NCBI GenBank assembly: GCA_963764715.1
Contig: CAVXTP010000022.1
Location: forward strand, 275,735-339,734
From: an uncultured Acidobacteriota bacterium
Lineage (GTDB): Bacteria > Acidobacteriota > Thermoanaerobaculia > UBA5066 > Gp7-AA6
Direction: 5' to 3'
DNA length: 64,000 nucleotides
A program made the position numbers and the translations under genes. The notes below the pieces were generated by a model. The model saw nothing but the letters and a program-made list of their open reading frames with translations, was not told the origin of the DNA and searched no databases. Of this stretch, positions 8,653 to 19,036 are shown in pieces (the stretch's first letter is position 1; every line of letters begins with the position of its first letter).

Positions 8653-9585
8653 TCAGGGAATCGGGGTGGCCGGGGCGGCGCCGACGGGCGCCCGACGGAT
8701 CGGAGCCGGGGCGGAGAGGGCGCGCTCCGCCCGCTGGTCCAGGAACTCGAGGTAGGAGCCCCACGCGGCGACGCGCACCGCCGAGCGCACCCAGAGGACC
8801 AAGAACTGGAGGAGGAAGAGCCCCGCGATCGCGATCGGCGACGCGGCCGACACCGACCAGGCCAGGGCGAAGAGACCGAACCATACGGCACCGCCCGCGA
8901 CGAGCCAGAAGGCAAAGAGCCCGAGGGCCTCCCCCCGGGAGCCGCGCAGCGCCCGTCCGGCGAACCTCCAGGCGCGCCAGGCTCCGATCGCGGGCACGTA
9001 ACGCCGCGCGGCGCGCGCGAAATCGTAGTGGAGCGAGAGGACTCCCCACAGGAACACCGCGAGGACGCCGAGCCCCCAGTGCCAGGCCGTGCGGCTCGCG
9101 GCGTCGGGCGGAACGTTCTCGAAGATCTTCTTCGCGGCCGCGAACGCCCCGCCGAAGAGCGCGCCGAAGACCACGACGAGGAAGACCGCGAAGAGAAAGA
9201 AGCACTTGACGTTGTGCCAGAAGTTCCGCCGGGCGGGCTCGAAGAACTGCCCGAATGCGAACGGCCCCCGCCCGAGGACACCGATGATTCCGCCGGCGAA
9301 GAACATCTGGAGAACGACCGTGAGCAGGAGGCCGTACCGGGAGCCCGACAGGACGCCGGTCACCGCTGCCGCCTCGAACCGGAGGAAGTCGAAGAAGTCG
9401 GTCGGCGCCGCCGTCGGGTGGTTCCTCAGGAAATGATCGCCCGCGAGCGTTCCGCCCAGCTCCTTCACGAATACGCCGTGGAGGGGCGCGGCCGTCCCGG
9501 CGGCGACGACCGCCGTCGTCACCGCCAGCAGGAGGATGAGCTTGCCGTGACCGAGCGCGCGGAATCCGGCCGCGAGACTTCTCAT
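8653..9585 (-). CDS. polytopic membrane protein, unknown function
   Basis: Start MRSLAAGF (ATG 9585) overlaps the stop of the M1 peptidase gene (ATGA); 8-9 hydrophobic helices. Confidence 0.55.
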   Translation of the reverse strand: MRSLAAGFRALGHGKLILLLAVTTAVVAAGTAAPLHGVFVKELGGTLAGDHFLRNHPTAAPTDFFDFLRFEAAAVTGVLSGSRYGLLLTVVLQMFFAGGIIGVLGRGPFAFGQFFEPARRNFWHNVKCFFLFAVFLVVVFGALFGGAFAAAKKIFENVPPDAASRTAWHWGLGVLAVFLWGVLSLHYDFARAARRYVPAIGAWRAWRFAGRALRGSRGEALGLFAFWLVAGGAVWFGLFALAWSVSAASPIAIAGLFLLQFLVLWVRSAVRVAAWGSYLEFLDQRAERALSAPAPIRRAPVGAAPATPIP

Positions 9586-11717
9586 GCCAGGACCCACGCG
9601 AGCTGGTCCCAGATCCCGAGGAGGAAGGCCGCCAGGCCCGTGTACCTGGCCGGAGCGTGGGGGGAGAGAACCGCCGCCGCCCCCCGGCCGCTCGCGAGGA
9701 CCTTCGAATCGTTGAGTCGGTTCCAGTCCCACGCGTTGCGGCGGTCGGGATCGACGACCGCCCAGGCCAGTTTCGACTTGTAGCGGATTTCGTAGCGCAC
9801 CCATTTCGCCGCGGCCGGCAGGTCGCGCTCGAGGATGGTCCCGTCTTCGAAGGCGATGCGGGCGTGGGCCGCGTGCTCCCAGCCTCCGGTGTTGCCGAAG
9901 AGGACGCGGATCGCGTAAACCTTGCGCTTCTTGCCCTTCGCCGGAGGCTGCTTGTCCTTCTCGGGAAGAACGATGCGGCCGTCGTCGAGCGTCACGCGGC
10001 CGGCGGAACGATCGAAGACTCCCTCGTCGGGGTTGGCCTCGCGGCACCGGGCGGTGACGACCTCCCAGTCGAGGCGCGCCGTGCCCTCGACGAGGTTACG
10101 GCGGTAGGTCGAGAGGTCCTTTCCCGAGACGCGCTCGAACGTGCGGAAGAAGTCCGTGGTCGTCGGATGGCGGAAGGACCACTCCTGGAAGTACGCCCGC
10201 TGCGCGCGCGCGAAGACCGTGGCCCCGAGGTCGTTCTTGAGCTGGGCCATGAAGAGGCCGACCTTCGGGTAGGAGTTGACGCCGTAGGAGGCGCCCGAGG
10301 CGTAGCACCAGGCGCAGCGCCGGATCGGGTCGAGGTTGGGAAGGAAGTTGTATTGGGAATGCGCGACCGAGATCGAGTCCGTTCCGATGCCCCCCGGGAG
10401 GTTGACCTCGTCGCGCTCCCCGTAGGCGAGCGCCATCGCGCGGTGCTCGGAGTCGTCGTTCAGGCCCTCGTCGAGCCACGACTCCTCGAACTCGTTGGAT
10501 CCGACCATGCCGTACCAGTACTGGTGGCCGAATTCGTGGATCGTGACGACCTCGACGATCCGGACGCGCTGGAACGGCCACCGCATCAGGAAACTCTTGA
10601 TGACGCCGCCCGTGATGAACGTCGGGTACTCCATTCCGGCCGAGCCCATGCCGTCGTCCGGGGGATCGACGACCGTCAGGGTCTCGTACGGGTAGGCGCC
10701 GTACCAGAGGCCGTAGAAGGACAGGGCTTCCTTCGTGCAGCGCAGGTAGCGGTCGCGAACCGCCTCGTGGCCGGGCTGGAGGAGGAGCCGGACCTGCACG
10801 GGCTTGAGCGCGATCTCGGCTTCCGTCATGCCGAGCTCCTGCGCCGCCTTGGCGCTCCAGCCCGCGGGGACGTCGCGGGCCGGGTCGAAGGTGAACTCGG
10901 TGACGAGCCAGCGCGGGTCGGCCGTCCAGGCGAAGTCGTGGACGTCGTTCTGCACGTAGCGATACGTCGTCTTGTCGCCCGACTTCGTCTCCGAGACGCG
11001 CTTTCCCGTCGCTCCGACGATGAACTTCGACGGGACCGTCATGGAGACGTCGAAGCGGCCGTAGTCGGCGTAGAACTCGGAGTTGCCGTGGAACGCGTGG
11101 CAGTTCCAGCCGCCGGTCCTGCGCTCCCGCATCCCGGCCGGCTCGTAGACGCCGATCTTCGGAAACCACTGGCCGACGAGGAAGTAGTCGCGCACGAAGC
11201 CCGTTCGGGCGAAGATGCGCGGAAGCTTGGCGTCGAAGACGACGTCGAGGACGATCTCCCCGCGCGGGGGAACGGGGGAGGAGAGCGGGACGGCGAGCAC
11301 CGTCTGGTCGTCCGGGTCGTTGCCGTCGGGCTGGATGAAGCGGGCCCGGGGCCGAAGCTCCTCGCCGGCGGCCGTCTTCATCGAGGAGACGTCGATCCAG
11401 CCCCAGTCGGCTGGCTTGTCGCCCGCCTCGTCGCCCCGCAGCTGTCCCCCGGATTCGCGCATGAAGGTCGTGCGGTTGTTCTTGAAGCCGTTCAGGTACA
11501 GGTGGAACCGCAGCTCGGAGACCGTGTCGGTCGAGGGGTTGCGCCAGGTCAGGCGCTCGCGGCCGTGGAGCATCTTCGTCGCCGGGTCGAGCGAGACCTC
11601 GATCCGGTACTCGACGACCGGCGGGGACGGCGGCGCGGCCGCCGCGGCCGGCCGGGCGGGCGCGGCGAGGGCCAGGGCCGCGAGCGGCGCTCCAAGGACT
11701 TTCCCGGAGATTCGCAT
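9582..11717 (-). CDS. M1-family zinc metallopeptidase (aminopeptidase N-like), secreted
   Basis: Start MRISGKVLGAPLAALALA (signal peptide) 269 codons into ORF 9582..12524; HEFGHQYWYG ... WLDEG zinc-binding motif HExxH-x18-E. Confidence 0.8.
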   Translation of the reverse strand: MRISGKVLGAPLAALALAAPARPAAAAAPPSPPVVEYRIEVSLDPATKMLHGRERLTWRNPSTDTVSELRFHLYLNGFKNNRTTFMRESGGQLRGDEAGDKPADWGWIDVSSMKTAAGEELRPRARFIQPDGNDPDDQTVLAVPLSSPVPPRGEIVLDVVFDAKLPRIFARTGFVRDYFLVGQWFPKIGVYEPAGMRERRTGGWNCHAFHGNSEFYADYGRFDVSMTVPSKFIVGATGKRVSETKSGDKTTYRYVQNDVHDFAWTADPRWLVTEFTFDPARDVPAGWSAKAAQELGMTEAEIALKPVQVRLLLQPGHEAVRDRYLRCTKEALSFYGLWYGAYPYETLTVVDPPDDGMGSAGMEYPTFITGGVIKSFLMRWPFQRVRIVEVVTIHEFGHQYWYGMVGSNEFEESWLDEGLNDDSEHRAMALAYGERDEVNLPGGIGTDSISVAHSQYNFLPNLDPIRRCAWCYASGASYGVNSYPKVGLFMAQLKNDLGATVFARAQRAYFQEWSFRHPTTTDFFRTFERVSGKDLSTYRRNLVEGTARLDWEVVTARCREANPDEGVFDRSAGRVTLDDGRIVLPEKDKQPPAKGKKRKVYAIRVLFGNTGGWEHAAHARIAFEDGTILERDLPAAAKWVRYEIRYKSKLAWAVVDPDRRNAWDWNRLNDSKVLASGRGAAAVLSPHAPARYTGLAAFLLGIWDQLAWVLA

Positions 11718-11771
11718 GAACGGGCCGAATGCTGTCCCGTGCCCCCCCGGGGAGTCAATACAATTCCCCGG

Positions 11772-12779
11772 ATGCGGACCGCGCTTCTCACGGGAGGAAC
11801 GGGCTTCGTGGGCAGCCACGTCGCGCGCGCGCTCGTCCGGGAAGGCTGGTCGGTCCGCCTTCTCGCGCGGGACCCGGGGCGGGTCGATCCCGCCCTCGTC
11901 TCGGGTCAGCCGATCGAAGTCCTCGCCGGCAGCCTCGACGATCGTCCGTCCCTCGCGCGGGCCGTCGCGGGAGTCGGCGCGATCGTCCACGTGGCCGGCC
12001 TGACCAAGGCGCGCACGCTCTCGGAATATCGGGACGTCAACGTCGGCGGAACCGAGCGCCTGATCGAAGCGGCGCGGCAGGCGTCGCCCGAAGCGCACTT
12101 CGTCCTGGTGTCGAGCCAGGCGGCGGCCGGCCCCTCGACGGGTGGTCGGCCGATCGGACACGCGGACCCGGCACGGCCGATCTCGTGGTACGGGGTCTCC
12201 AAGCGGGAGGGCGAGAAGGCGGTGGAGCGTGCCTGGCCGGGGCCGTGGACCGTCCTGCGTCCGGGAGTGGTTTACGGGCCCGGCGACCGCGGTCTTTTCG
12301 TCTATTTCAAGATGGCCTCGACCGGGTGGATCCCGGTCCCCGCCGGCAGGACGCGGATCCAGCTGATCGGCGCCGAGCGCGCCGCCGTCGCGATCGCGCG
12401 GGCCGCCGCGGCGCCCCAGCTCGCCCGCCAGGTCCGGTTCCTGAGCGACCCCGGCGCCGTTTCGGTCGGCGCGCTGGCCTCCGCGATCGCGGGGGCCTCG
12501 GGCCGCCGGGGACGGATGATTCACGTTCCCGACGTCGTCGTGCGGGCCCTCGGGCGGGCGGAAACCCTCGTGGAGACCGTCACCCGGCGGTCCCGCCCGT
12601 TCAACGCCGACAAGGCCCGGGAGCTCCTGGCGGGCGACTGGATCTGCGACGCCGGCCCGGTCGAGCGGGAGCTCTCCCTGCCGCCCCCCGTGCCCCTGCC
12701 GGAGGGCCTCGCCGCCGCCTGGGCCTGGTACCGGGGGGCCGGCTGGCTCCCGGAAGGCCCCCGGGGCGCGGCTTTGTAA
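11772..12779 (+). CDS. NAD(P)-dependent epimerase/dehydratase-family SDR (NDUFA9-like); candidate ceramide/3-ketosphinganine reductase
   Basis: Start MRTALLTGGTGFVGSHV at the tail of the antisense artefact ORF 9657..12779; Rossmann GxxGxxG; YxxxK-type SDR. Confidence 0.7.
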   Translation: MRTALLTGGTGFVGSHVARALVREGWSVRLLARDPGRVDPALVSGQPIEVLAGSLDDRPSLARAVAGVGAIVHVAGLTKARTLSEYRDVNVGGTERLIEAARQASPEAHFVLVSSQAAAGPSTGGRPIGHADPARPISWYGVSKREGEKAVERAWPGPWTVLRPGVVYGPGDRGLFVYFKMASTGWIPVPAGRTRIQLIGAERAAVAIARAAAAPQLARQVRFLSDPGAVSVGALASAIAGASGRRGRMIHVPDVVVRALGRAETLVETVTRRSRPFNADKARELLAGDWICDAGPVERELSLPPPVPLPEGLAAAWAWYRGAGWLPEGPRGAAL

Positions 12780-12836
12780 AATTTGCTAAGATCCGGGGCG
12801 CTGATTCGTCAGACGCTCACAAGGCAGGGGGAAGCA

Positions 12837-14078
12837 ATGAGCAAGGTCGCCCGGGCGATCCGACCGGAGACGGTGGGGACAGCTCCGGTTTTCGAGAAGT
12901 GCTACCGGTACGAAGATGCGACGCGGGTCCGTCAGACCGGCTATTACTCCTTCTTCCGCGTGATCGAGTCCGCCCAGGACCCGGAGGTCGTCCTGGACGG
13001 GCGGCGCCTCGTCATGATGGGCTCGAACAACTACCTCGGGCTCACCAACGATCCCCGCGTCAAGGAAGCCGCGATCGACGCGATCCGGAAGTACGGATCC
13101 GGATGCGCGGGAAGCCGTTTCCTGAACGGAACCCTGGATCTGCACGTCCGTCTCGAGGAGCGCCTCGCCCAGTTCATGCGGCAGGAATCGGCCGTGACGT
13201 TCTCGACCGGCTTCCAGGTCAACCTCGGCGCGATCGCGTGCCTCGTCGGCAAAGGAGACACGGTCTACCTCGACAAGCAGGACCATGCCTGCATCATCGA
13301 CGGCGCCCGGCTGTCCTTCGGCGACGTCAAGAAGTTCAAGCACAGCGACCCGGCCGACCTTCGCCGCCAGATGCGCAACGACGGGGAAGCCAAGGGGCGC
13401 CTCGTCGTGGTCGACGGGGTCTTCTCGATGGAGGGCGACATCGCGCCGCTGCCCGAGATCGTGGCCGTGGCGCGGGAGTTCGCGGCGGGCGTGATGGTCG
13501 ACGACGCCCACGGCATCGGGGTCCTCGGGCCCACCGGCCGGGGCACGGCCGAACATTTCGGCCTCGAGCACGAGGTCGACCTCATCATGGGGACCTTCTC
13601 GAAGTCGATGGCCTCGGTCGGCGGCTTCATCGCGGGCAACGCGACCGTCATCGACTACGTCAAGCACCGCGCCCGGACGCTGATCTTCTCGGCGGCCCCG
13701 CCGCCGGCCTCGGCCGCGGCCGCGCTCGCGACGGTCGAGATCATGGAACGGGAGCCCGAGCGGCGCGAGCGGCTCTGGGAGAACACCCGCTTCTTCGCCG
13801 AGGGCCTCCGCTCGCTCGGCTTCGACACCGGCGAGTCCCGGACCCCCGTCGTTCCCATCGTGGTCGGCGAGGACCTGACGGCGCTCCGGATGGTCCACCG
13901 GCTGCAGGAAGAGGGCGTGTTCGTCAACTGCGTCCTCTCGCCCGCGACGCCGCCGGGCCGGGCCCTGATCCGCACCTCGCTGATGGCGACGCATTCGCGC
14001 GCCCAGCTCGTCCGGGCGCTCGAGGCCTTCGAAAAAGTCGGACGCGAGGTCGGCCTCGTTCGGGTCGCCAGCGTCTGA
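12837..14078 (+). CDS. alpha-oxoamine synthase family (serine palmitoyltransferase / BioF / Kbl-like), PLP-dependent
   Basis: Start MSKVARA with GGGGA RBS; MGSNNYLGL, DDAHGIGVLG, PLP-lysine context GTFSKSMASVGGF. Confidence 0.8.
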   Translation: MSKVARAIRPETVGTAPVFEKCYRYEDATRVRQTGYYSFFRVIESAQDPEVVLDGRRLVMMGSNNYLGLTNDPRVKEAAIDAIRKYGSGCAGSRFLNGTLDLHVRLEERLAQFMRQESAVTFSTGFQVNLGAIACLVGKGDTVYLDKQDHACIIDGARLSFGDVKKFKHSDPADLRRQMRNDGEAKGRLVVVDGVFSMEGDIAPLPEIVAVAREFAAGVMVDDAHGIGVLGPTGRGTAEHFGLEHEVDLIMGTFSKSMASVGGFIAGNATVIDYVKHRARTLIFSAAPPPASAAAALATVEIMEREPERRERLWENTRFFAEGLRSLGFDTGESRTPVVPIVVGEDLTALRMVHRLQEEGVFVNCVLSPATPPGRALIRTSLMATHSRAQLVRALEAFEKVGREVGLVRVASV

Positions 14079-14094
14079 CGGCGCCGCGTCTCCC

Positions 14095-15246
14095 TTGAGC
14101 CCGACTTCCTCCACCGACGTCGTCATCCAGCGGATCGGCCGAACGCGGGCCGACTTGGAGCGGTTCTTCGACGTCGCCGACCGCATCTACGCGGCGGATC
14201 CCAATTTCGTGGCGCCGCTGCGCTCGGACGTCGCCAAGGTCTTCCAGGACGAGAACCCGTTCTTCCGGCACGGCGAGATCCAGCTCTTCGTCGCCCGGCG
14301 GGGCGAGAAGGACGTGGGCCGCGTCGCGGCGATCCTCGACCGCAATCACAACTCCTTCCACGGGGAGAAGGCGGCCTTCTTCGGGTTCTTCGAGACGATC
14401 GACGACCCGGAGGTCGCGGGACGGCTCCTCGACGCGGCCGCGCTCTGGGGGCGCGAGCGCAAGATGACCGTCTTGCGCGGCCCGACGAACCCCACCTTGA
14501 ACGACGAGGCGGGACTCCTCGTCGACGGCTTCGATTCGCCTCCCGTGCTGATGATGACCTACAACCCCCGGTCCTACGCGGCCCTCATCGAGGGCCAGGG
14601 GTTCCACAAGGCCAAGGACCTGCTGGCTTACTGGTTCCCCCTCGAGGAGAAGCCGCTCGAGCGGCTTTCCCGGGTCGCCGACCGGTTCCGGAAGCGGGCG
14701 CCGGACATCGTCGTCCGCAACGTGACGAAGTCCGGCCTGGCGCGGGACCTCGCGAAGATCCGGGAGGTCTACAACGAGGCCTGGGAGAAGAACTGGGGCT
14801 TCGTCCCGATGACCCCCGAGGAGATGGACTTCATGGCCGCGCGGTTGAAGCCCCTCCTCGTCGCCGAGCTGCTCTGGATCGCGGAGGCAAAGAAGCCGGA
14901 CGGCGGGCTCGAGCCGATCGCCTTCATGCTGATGCTGCCGGATTACAACGTCGCGATCGCCCCGACCCGGGGGAGGCTGCTGCCCTTCGGCTGGCTGAAG
15001 TTCCTGCTCGCGCAGCGCAAGATCAAGACCGTGCGCGTCCTGATCCTCGGCGTCAAGCGGCCCTGGCGGATGTCGGGCGTCCAGTCGATCATGATGGCCG
15101 ACTCGCTGCGCTTCCTGCTCGGGAAGGGCTACACCGGGGCGGAAGTCTCGTGGCTCCTCGAGGACAACGAGCTCGTGATCGGGGCCGTCCGCCTCTGGGG
15201 CGGCAGGCTCTACAAGACCTACCGGATCTACGAGAAGCCGCTGTAG
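14095..15246 (+). CDS. GNAT/BioF2-like N-acyltransferase (candidate bacterial ceramide synthase or N-acyl amino acid synthase)
   Basis: 383 aa, 17 nt downstream of the Spt-like gene; architecture and size of the acyltransferases recurrently linked to alpha-oxoamine synthases. Confidence 0.55.
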   Translation: MSPTSSTDVVIQRIGRTRADLERFFDVADRIYAADPNFVAPLRSDVAKVFQDENPFFRHGEIQLFVARRGEKDVGRVAAILDRNHNSFHGEKAAFFGFFETIDDPEVAGRLLDAAALWGRERKMTVLRGPTNPTLNDEAGLLVDGFDSPPVLMMTYNPRSYAALIEGQGFHKAKDLLAYWFPLEEKPLERLSRVADRFRKRAPDIVVRNVTKSGLARDLAKIREVYNEAWEKNWGFVPMTPEEMDFMAARLKPLLVAELLWIAEAKKPDGGLEPIAFMLMLPDYNVAIAPTRGRLLPFGWLKFLLAQRKIKTVRVLILGVKRPWRMSGVQSIMMADSLRFLLGKGYTGAEVSWLLEDNELVIGAVRLWGGRLYKTYRIYEKPL

Positions 15247-15301
15247 GGGCGGGGCTCGTCCCCGCCCTCAGGCGCCGAAGGACAGGCACAAGGCCCGCCC
15301 C

Positions 15302-16195
15302 CTACGCTGTGCTTGGCGCGGAGGCTGAGGCTCGGGCCCGACCGGCCATGATCCGGTCGTAGATCCAGTCCCCGATGGGCACGCTGACGAACGCCAGCGT
15401 CGTCCCCGCGATCAGGTCGATGACGTAGTGGAACCGGCAGAAGACCGTCGAGATGATCAGGCCGGTCGCGATCGGGAGAAGGATCCAGAACACGTCCCGC
15501 GCCCGCTTCCACGCGACGAGCAGCACGGCCACCGAGATCATCGTGTGTCCCGAGGGGAAGACGTCGAGCTTGGTCTTCTCGAGGTGGTTGATGCTGTCGT
15601 TGATGACCCGCGCGACCGGGGACTCGGTCAGCGACTTCGTGTAGAGCGAGGCCTGGGCGAAGCGCGGCCCGAGCGCCGGGATCGTGAAGTAGCCGGCGTA
15701 GGAGACGTAGTAGACGACCATGAGCGTGAACACGTAGCGGCGGGCGGTCGCGCGGTCGCGGGCCCAGAGGACGAGACCGAGCGACAGGGCGATGAAGTAA
15801 TAGGTCGCGTAGAATACGTAGAGGACGTCGTTGACCCCGGGCCGCGCGAACCGCTCCAGCCAGACCGTCACGTCGACGCCGAAGATCGCCCGGTCCGCGG
15901 CGATCAGGAGGTCGTCGCGGGCGCCGCCGCGGGTCGCCATGATGAGGGGCGAGAGGGTGTTGAACAGGATCGGAAGGAAGATGGCGGGGTAGAAGTCGAG
16001 GAAAATAGTCACCGGGGCCGGCAGGTCGTCCTCGCGCTTGGCGAGGGGGACGATCACGCCGATGGCCGCGGCGAGTGCGCCGTAGGCGAGCAGGTTGCCG
16101 TTGGGGTTGCCGAGGCGGTCGTAGAAGATGACCGTCAGGACCGCGAGGATGGCGATCGCACCCAGGTGGATGGCCTCGGTTGGTCGGATGCGCAC
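15302..16195 (-). CDS. PAP2-superfamily lipid phosphatase/phosphotransferase, integral membrane
   Basis: PAP2 signature blocks PSGHT and CRFHYVIDLIAG; 6 TM helices. Confidence 0.75.
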   Translation of the reverse strand: MRIRPTEAIHLGAIAILAVLTVIFYDRLGNPNGNLLAYGALAAAIGVIVPLAKREDDLPAPVTIFLDFYPAIFLPILFNTLSPLIMATRGGARDDLLIAADRAIFGVDVTVWLERFARPGVNDVLYVFYATYYFIALSLGLVLWARDRATARRYVFTLMVVYYVSYAGYFTIPALGPRFAQASLYTKSLTESPVARVINDSINHLEKTKLDVFPSGHTMISVAVLLVAWKRARDVFWILLPIATGLIISTVFCRFHYVIDLIAGTTLAFVSVPIGDWIYDRIMAGRARASASAPSTA

Positions 16196-16243
16196 GCGCC
16201 TTTATAACCGACCCGGGGCGGGTGCGATAGACTCGAGGCTCCC

Positions 16244-17548
16244 ATGAAAGCGCGCGCGTGGCTCGCCGCCGCGGCGTTCGCGGCCGCCGCCGCCTCGCCC
16301 TCGGCGCCGACCGGCCCCCTGGTGGTGACCGGCCGGATCGACACCATCGTCCATCCCGCCGCCGCCGACTATCTCCGGAGGCTCCTCGAGGACGCGCAGT
16401 CGGACGGCGCGGCGCTCGTCGTGCTGATGCTCTCGACGCCGGGCGGCCTTCTCGCGTCGACGCGCGACATGAGCTCGGCGATCCTCGCCTCGAAGGTCCC
16501 CGTCGCGACGTTCGTGGCGCCTTCGGGCGCCCAGGCGGCCTCCGCCGGCTTCTTTCTCCTCCTCTCGGGCGACGTCGCGGCGATGGCGCCGGGAACTAAC
16601 ACCGGCGCGGCGCACCCCGTCGGCGGCGAAGGGCAGGAGCTGCCCAAGACAATGAACGAGAAGGCCGAGCAGGACGCCCGCGCGTTCGTCCGGACGCTCG
16701 CGCGGGAACGGGGCCGCAACGTCGCGAAGGCGGAGGCGGCCGTCGAGAAGAGCGTCTCCTACACGGACACGGAAGCGCGGGAGGCGGGCCTCATCGAGGT
16801 CATCGCGCGGGACGTCCCCGACCTCGTGGCGCAGCTCGACGGCCGGACCCTCCGGCGGGTCGGCGGAACGGAGACGAAGCTCGCGCTCGCGGGGGCCCGG
16901 ATCGAGAGCCGCGACATGGGGCGCCTGGAGAAGCTTCTCGGCGTCGTGTCCCACCCCAACGTCGCCTACGTCCTCTTCCTCCTGGGCCTCGTGGGCCTCT
17001 ACTTCGAGCTCTCGACGCCGGGCGCCATCCTGCCGGGGGTCGTCGGCGGGATCTCGCTCCTGCTGGCGCTCTACGCGTTCTCGGTCCTGCCGGTCAACAT
17101 CGCGGGCCTCGCCCTGATCCTCTTCGCGATCCTGCTCTTCGTGGCCGAGATCAAGGTCGTCAGCCACGGCCTGCTCTCGCTCGGCGGAGCGATCGCCCTG
17201 ATCGCCGGCTCGCTCCTGCTCTTCACCGGCAAGGGGGACGCCGCCGGCTACCGCGTCGATCTCGGGATCATCGTTCCCGGCCTCGTCCTGACGCTCGCGA
17301 TCGTCGGGCTCCTGACCTGGAAGACCCTCCAGCTGCGGCGGACCGTTCCGCGCACGGGACTGGAGGCCATGGTCGGCACCGACGGGCGGGTCGTCGACGG
17401 CTTCGGCCCGGGCGCCGCGCGGGGGCGCATCCAGGTCGTTGGCGAGTACTGGGAGGCGGCCGGACCGGAGGGGCTCGTCCCCGGCGACGCGGTCCGCGTC
17501 GTGCAGGTCGACGGGAACACGCTGCGCGTGGAACGGAGGAACCCATGA
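16244..17548 (+). CDS. NfeD-family membrane-bound serine protease (ClpP-class)
   Basis: 434 aa; signal peptide, ClpP-like domain, TM bundle, C-terminal OB domain; precedes and overlaps the stomatin gene. Confidence 0.8.
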   Translation: MKARAWLAAAAFAAAAASPSAPTGPLVVTGRIDTIVHPAAADYLRRLLEDAQSDGAALVVLMLSTPGGLLASTRDMSSAILASKVPVATFVAPSGAQAASAGFFLLLSGDVAAMAPGTNTGAAHPVGGEGQELPKTMNEKAEQDARAFVRTLARERGRNVAKAEAAVEKSVSYTDTEAREAGLIEVIARDVPDLVAQLDGRTLRRVGGTETKLALAGARIESRDMGRLEKLLGVVSHPNVAYVLFLLGLVGLYFELSTPGAILPGVVGGISLLLALYAFSVLPVNIAGLALILFAILLFVAEIKVVSHGLLSLGGAIALIAGSLLLFTGKGDAAGYRVDLGIIVPGLVLTLAIVGLLTWKTLQLRRTVPRTGLEAMVGTDGRVVDGFGPGAARGRIQVVGEYWEAAGPEGLVPGDAVRVVQVDGNTLRVERRNP

Positions 17549-18303
17549 GTCTTTTCTCGCTGCCCGGGCTCGCGGTCGCCGGCTTCGTCGGCCTGCTCTT
17601 TCTCTTCAAGTGGATCAACGTCCTGAACGAGTACGAGCGCGCCGTCACGTTCTGGCTGGGTCGCCTCGGAAAGGTCCCGAAGGGGCCGGGTCTCGTCCTG
17701 ATCTTCTGGCCGTTCGAGCGGATGGTGCGGATCTCGCTGCGCACCGTCGTCCACGACGTGCCGCCCCAGGACATCATCACCAAGGACAACGTCTCGGTGA
17801 AGGTCAACGCCGTCGTCTATTTCCGCGTCGTCGCCCCCGAGAAGGCGGTCGTCCAGGTGGAGAACTACCTCTACGCGACCTCGCAGCTGGCCCAGACGAC
17901 GCTGCGCAGCGTGCTCGGTCAGGCGCTCCTCGACGAGCTCCTGTCGGAGCGCGAAAAGCTCAACCTCGACCTCCAGAAGGTCATCGACGAGCACACGCAG
18001 CCGTGGGGCATCAAGGTCTCCCTGGTCGAGGTCAAGCAGGTCGACCTGCCGCCGGAGATGCAGCGCGCGATGGCCAAGCAGGCCGAGGCCGAGCGCGAGA
18101 AGCGGGCGAAGATCATCCACGCCCAGGGAGAGCTCGAGGCCGCGACCGCGTTGTCCAAGGCGGCCGAGATCATCGACCGCCAGCCGGCGACGCTGCAGCT
18201 GCGATATCTCCAGACCCTGACCGAGATCGCCAACGAGAAGAATTCGACGATCGTTTTTCCGCTGCCGATCGACCTGATCTCGATGTTCCTGAAACGGGGC
18301 TAG
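17545..18303 (+). CDS. SPFH/band-7 (stomatin-like) protein
   Basis: 252 aa; N-terminal TM then SPFH core ...[17 protein letters not shown]...; classical nfeD-stomatin operon. Confidence 0.85.
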   Translation: MSLFSLPGLAVAGFVGLLFLFKWINVLNEYERAVTFWLGRLGKVPKGPGLVLIFWPFERMVRISLRTVVHDVPPQDIITKDNVSVKVNAVVYFRVVAPEKAVVQVENYLYATSQLAQTTLRSVLGQALLDELLSEREKLNLDLQKVIDEHTQPWGIKVSLVEVKQVDLPPEMQRAMAKQAEAEREKRAKIIHAQGELEAATALSKAAEIIDRQPATLQLRYLQTLTEIANEKNSTIVFPLPIDLISMFLKRG

Positions 18304-18346
18304 GAGTCTCTTTCCCAAGCCGGCGGCGGCACGCTAAACTGCCTCC

Positions 18347-19036
18347 GTGCCCGAGCCCCGCACGCACTATCTGATCTCGCTGACGGCCCGGCAGGCCGTC
18401 GGCGCGTTTCTCGGCCTCGTGCTGTCGCTTGCCGTGGCCTTCTTTTTCGGGCTGATGGCGGGCTCCTCCGGCCGGGGGCGGGACGCTTCCGCGCCCGTCG
18501 AGGTCGCCGCCGCGGCGCCGGTCGCGGCCGGAGACGCGGCCGAGGCCATGCCGCCCGTCGAGACCGCCGTGCCGACGGCCGTCGTTCCGGCCGGGCCGCT
18601 CGGCTCGCGGACGGAGCTCGCGGGGGGCATCGTCGCCGCCACTCCACCCGCCGCGGAGCCGACGGTACCGGCGACGCTCCACCCGTTCGAGGACGGGACG
18701 GCCGAGGAGTCTTCGCCGGTCGCCTCGGCCTCCGGCGGTCGCGGGCCCTCGGCACCGAAACCCGCGGAGCCAACGTCCGCGAAGGCCTCCGGAAAATTCT
18801 GGGTCCAGGTCGCCTCGCTTTCGTCCCACGACGAGGCCGGGGCGCTCTCGAGCCGGCTCGCCAGGCGAGGATTCAAGTCCCAGATCCTGACGGCCGCCGG
18901 CCCGAAGGGAAAAGGCAAGGTCTACCGGGTCCGCGTCGGGCCCTACCGCACCGAGGACGACGCGAACCGCGCGGCCGGCAAGCTCACGAAGCAGGAGAAC
19001 GTCAAGTCTCCCTGGGTCGTGCCGGACGGACAATGA
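18347..19036 (+). CDS. SPOR-domain (peptidoglycan-binding) membrane-anchored protein
   Basis: N-terminal TM, Ala/Pro-rich linker, C-terminal SPOR fold FWVQVASLSSHDEAGALSSRLARRGF...YRVRVGPY. Confidence 0.65.
   Translation: MPEPRTHYLISLTARQAVGAFLGLVLSLAVAFFFGLMAGSSGRGRDASAPVEVAAAAPVAAGDAAEAMPPVETAVPTAVVPAGPLGSRTELAGGIVAATPPAAEPTVPATLHPFEDGTAEESSPVASASGGRGPSAPKPAEPTSAKASGKFWVQVASLSSHDEAGALSSRLARRGFKSQILTAAGPKGKGKVYRVRVGPYRTEDDANRAAGKLTKQENVKSPWVVPDGQ

Noticed and set aside
9657-12779. 1040-aa plus-strand ORF
   Set aside because: The first 700 codons are antisense to the M1 peptidase gene (HEFGH motif on the minus strand) and translate to Arg/Gly/Asp-rich low complexity; only the final 336 codons (SDR, from ATG 11772) are coding.
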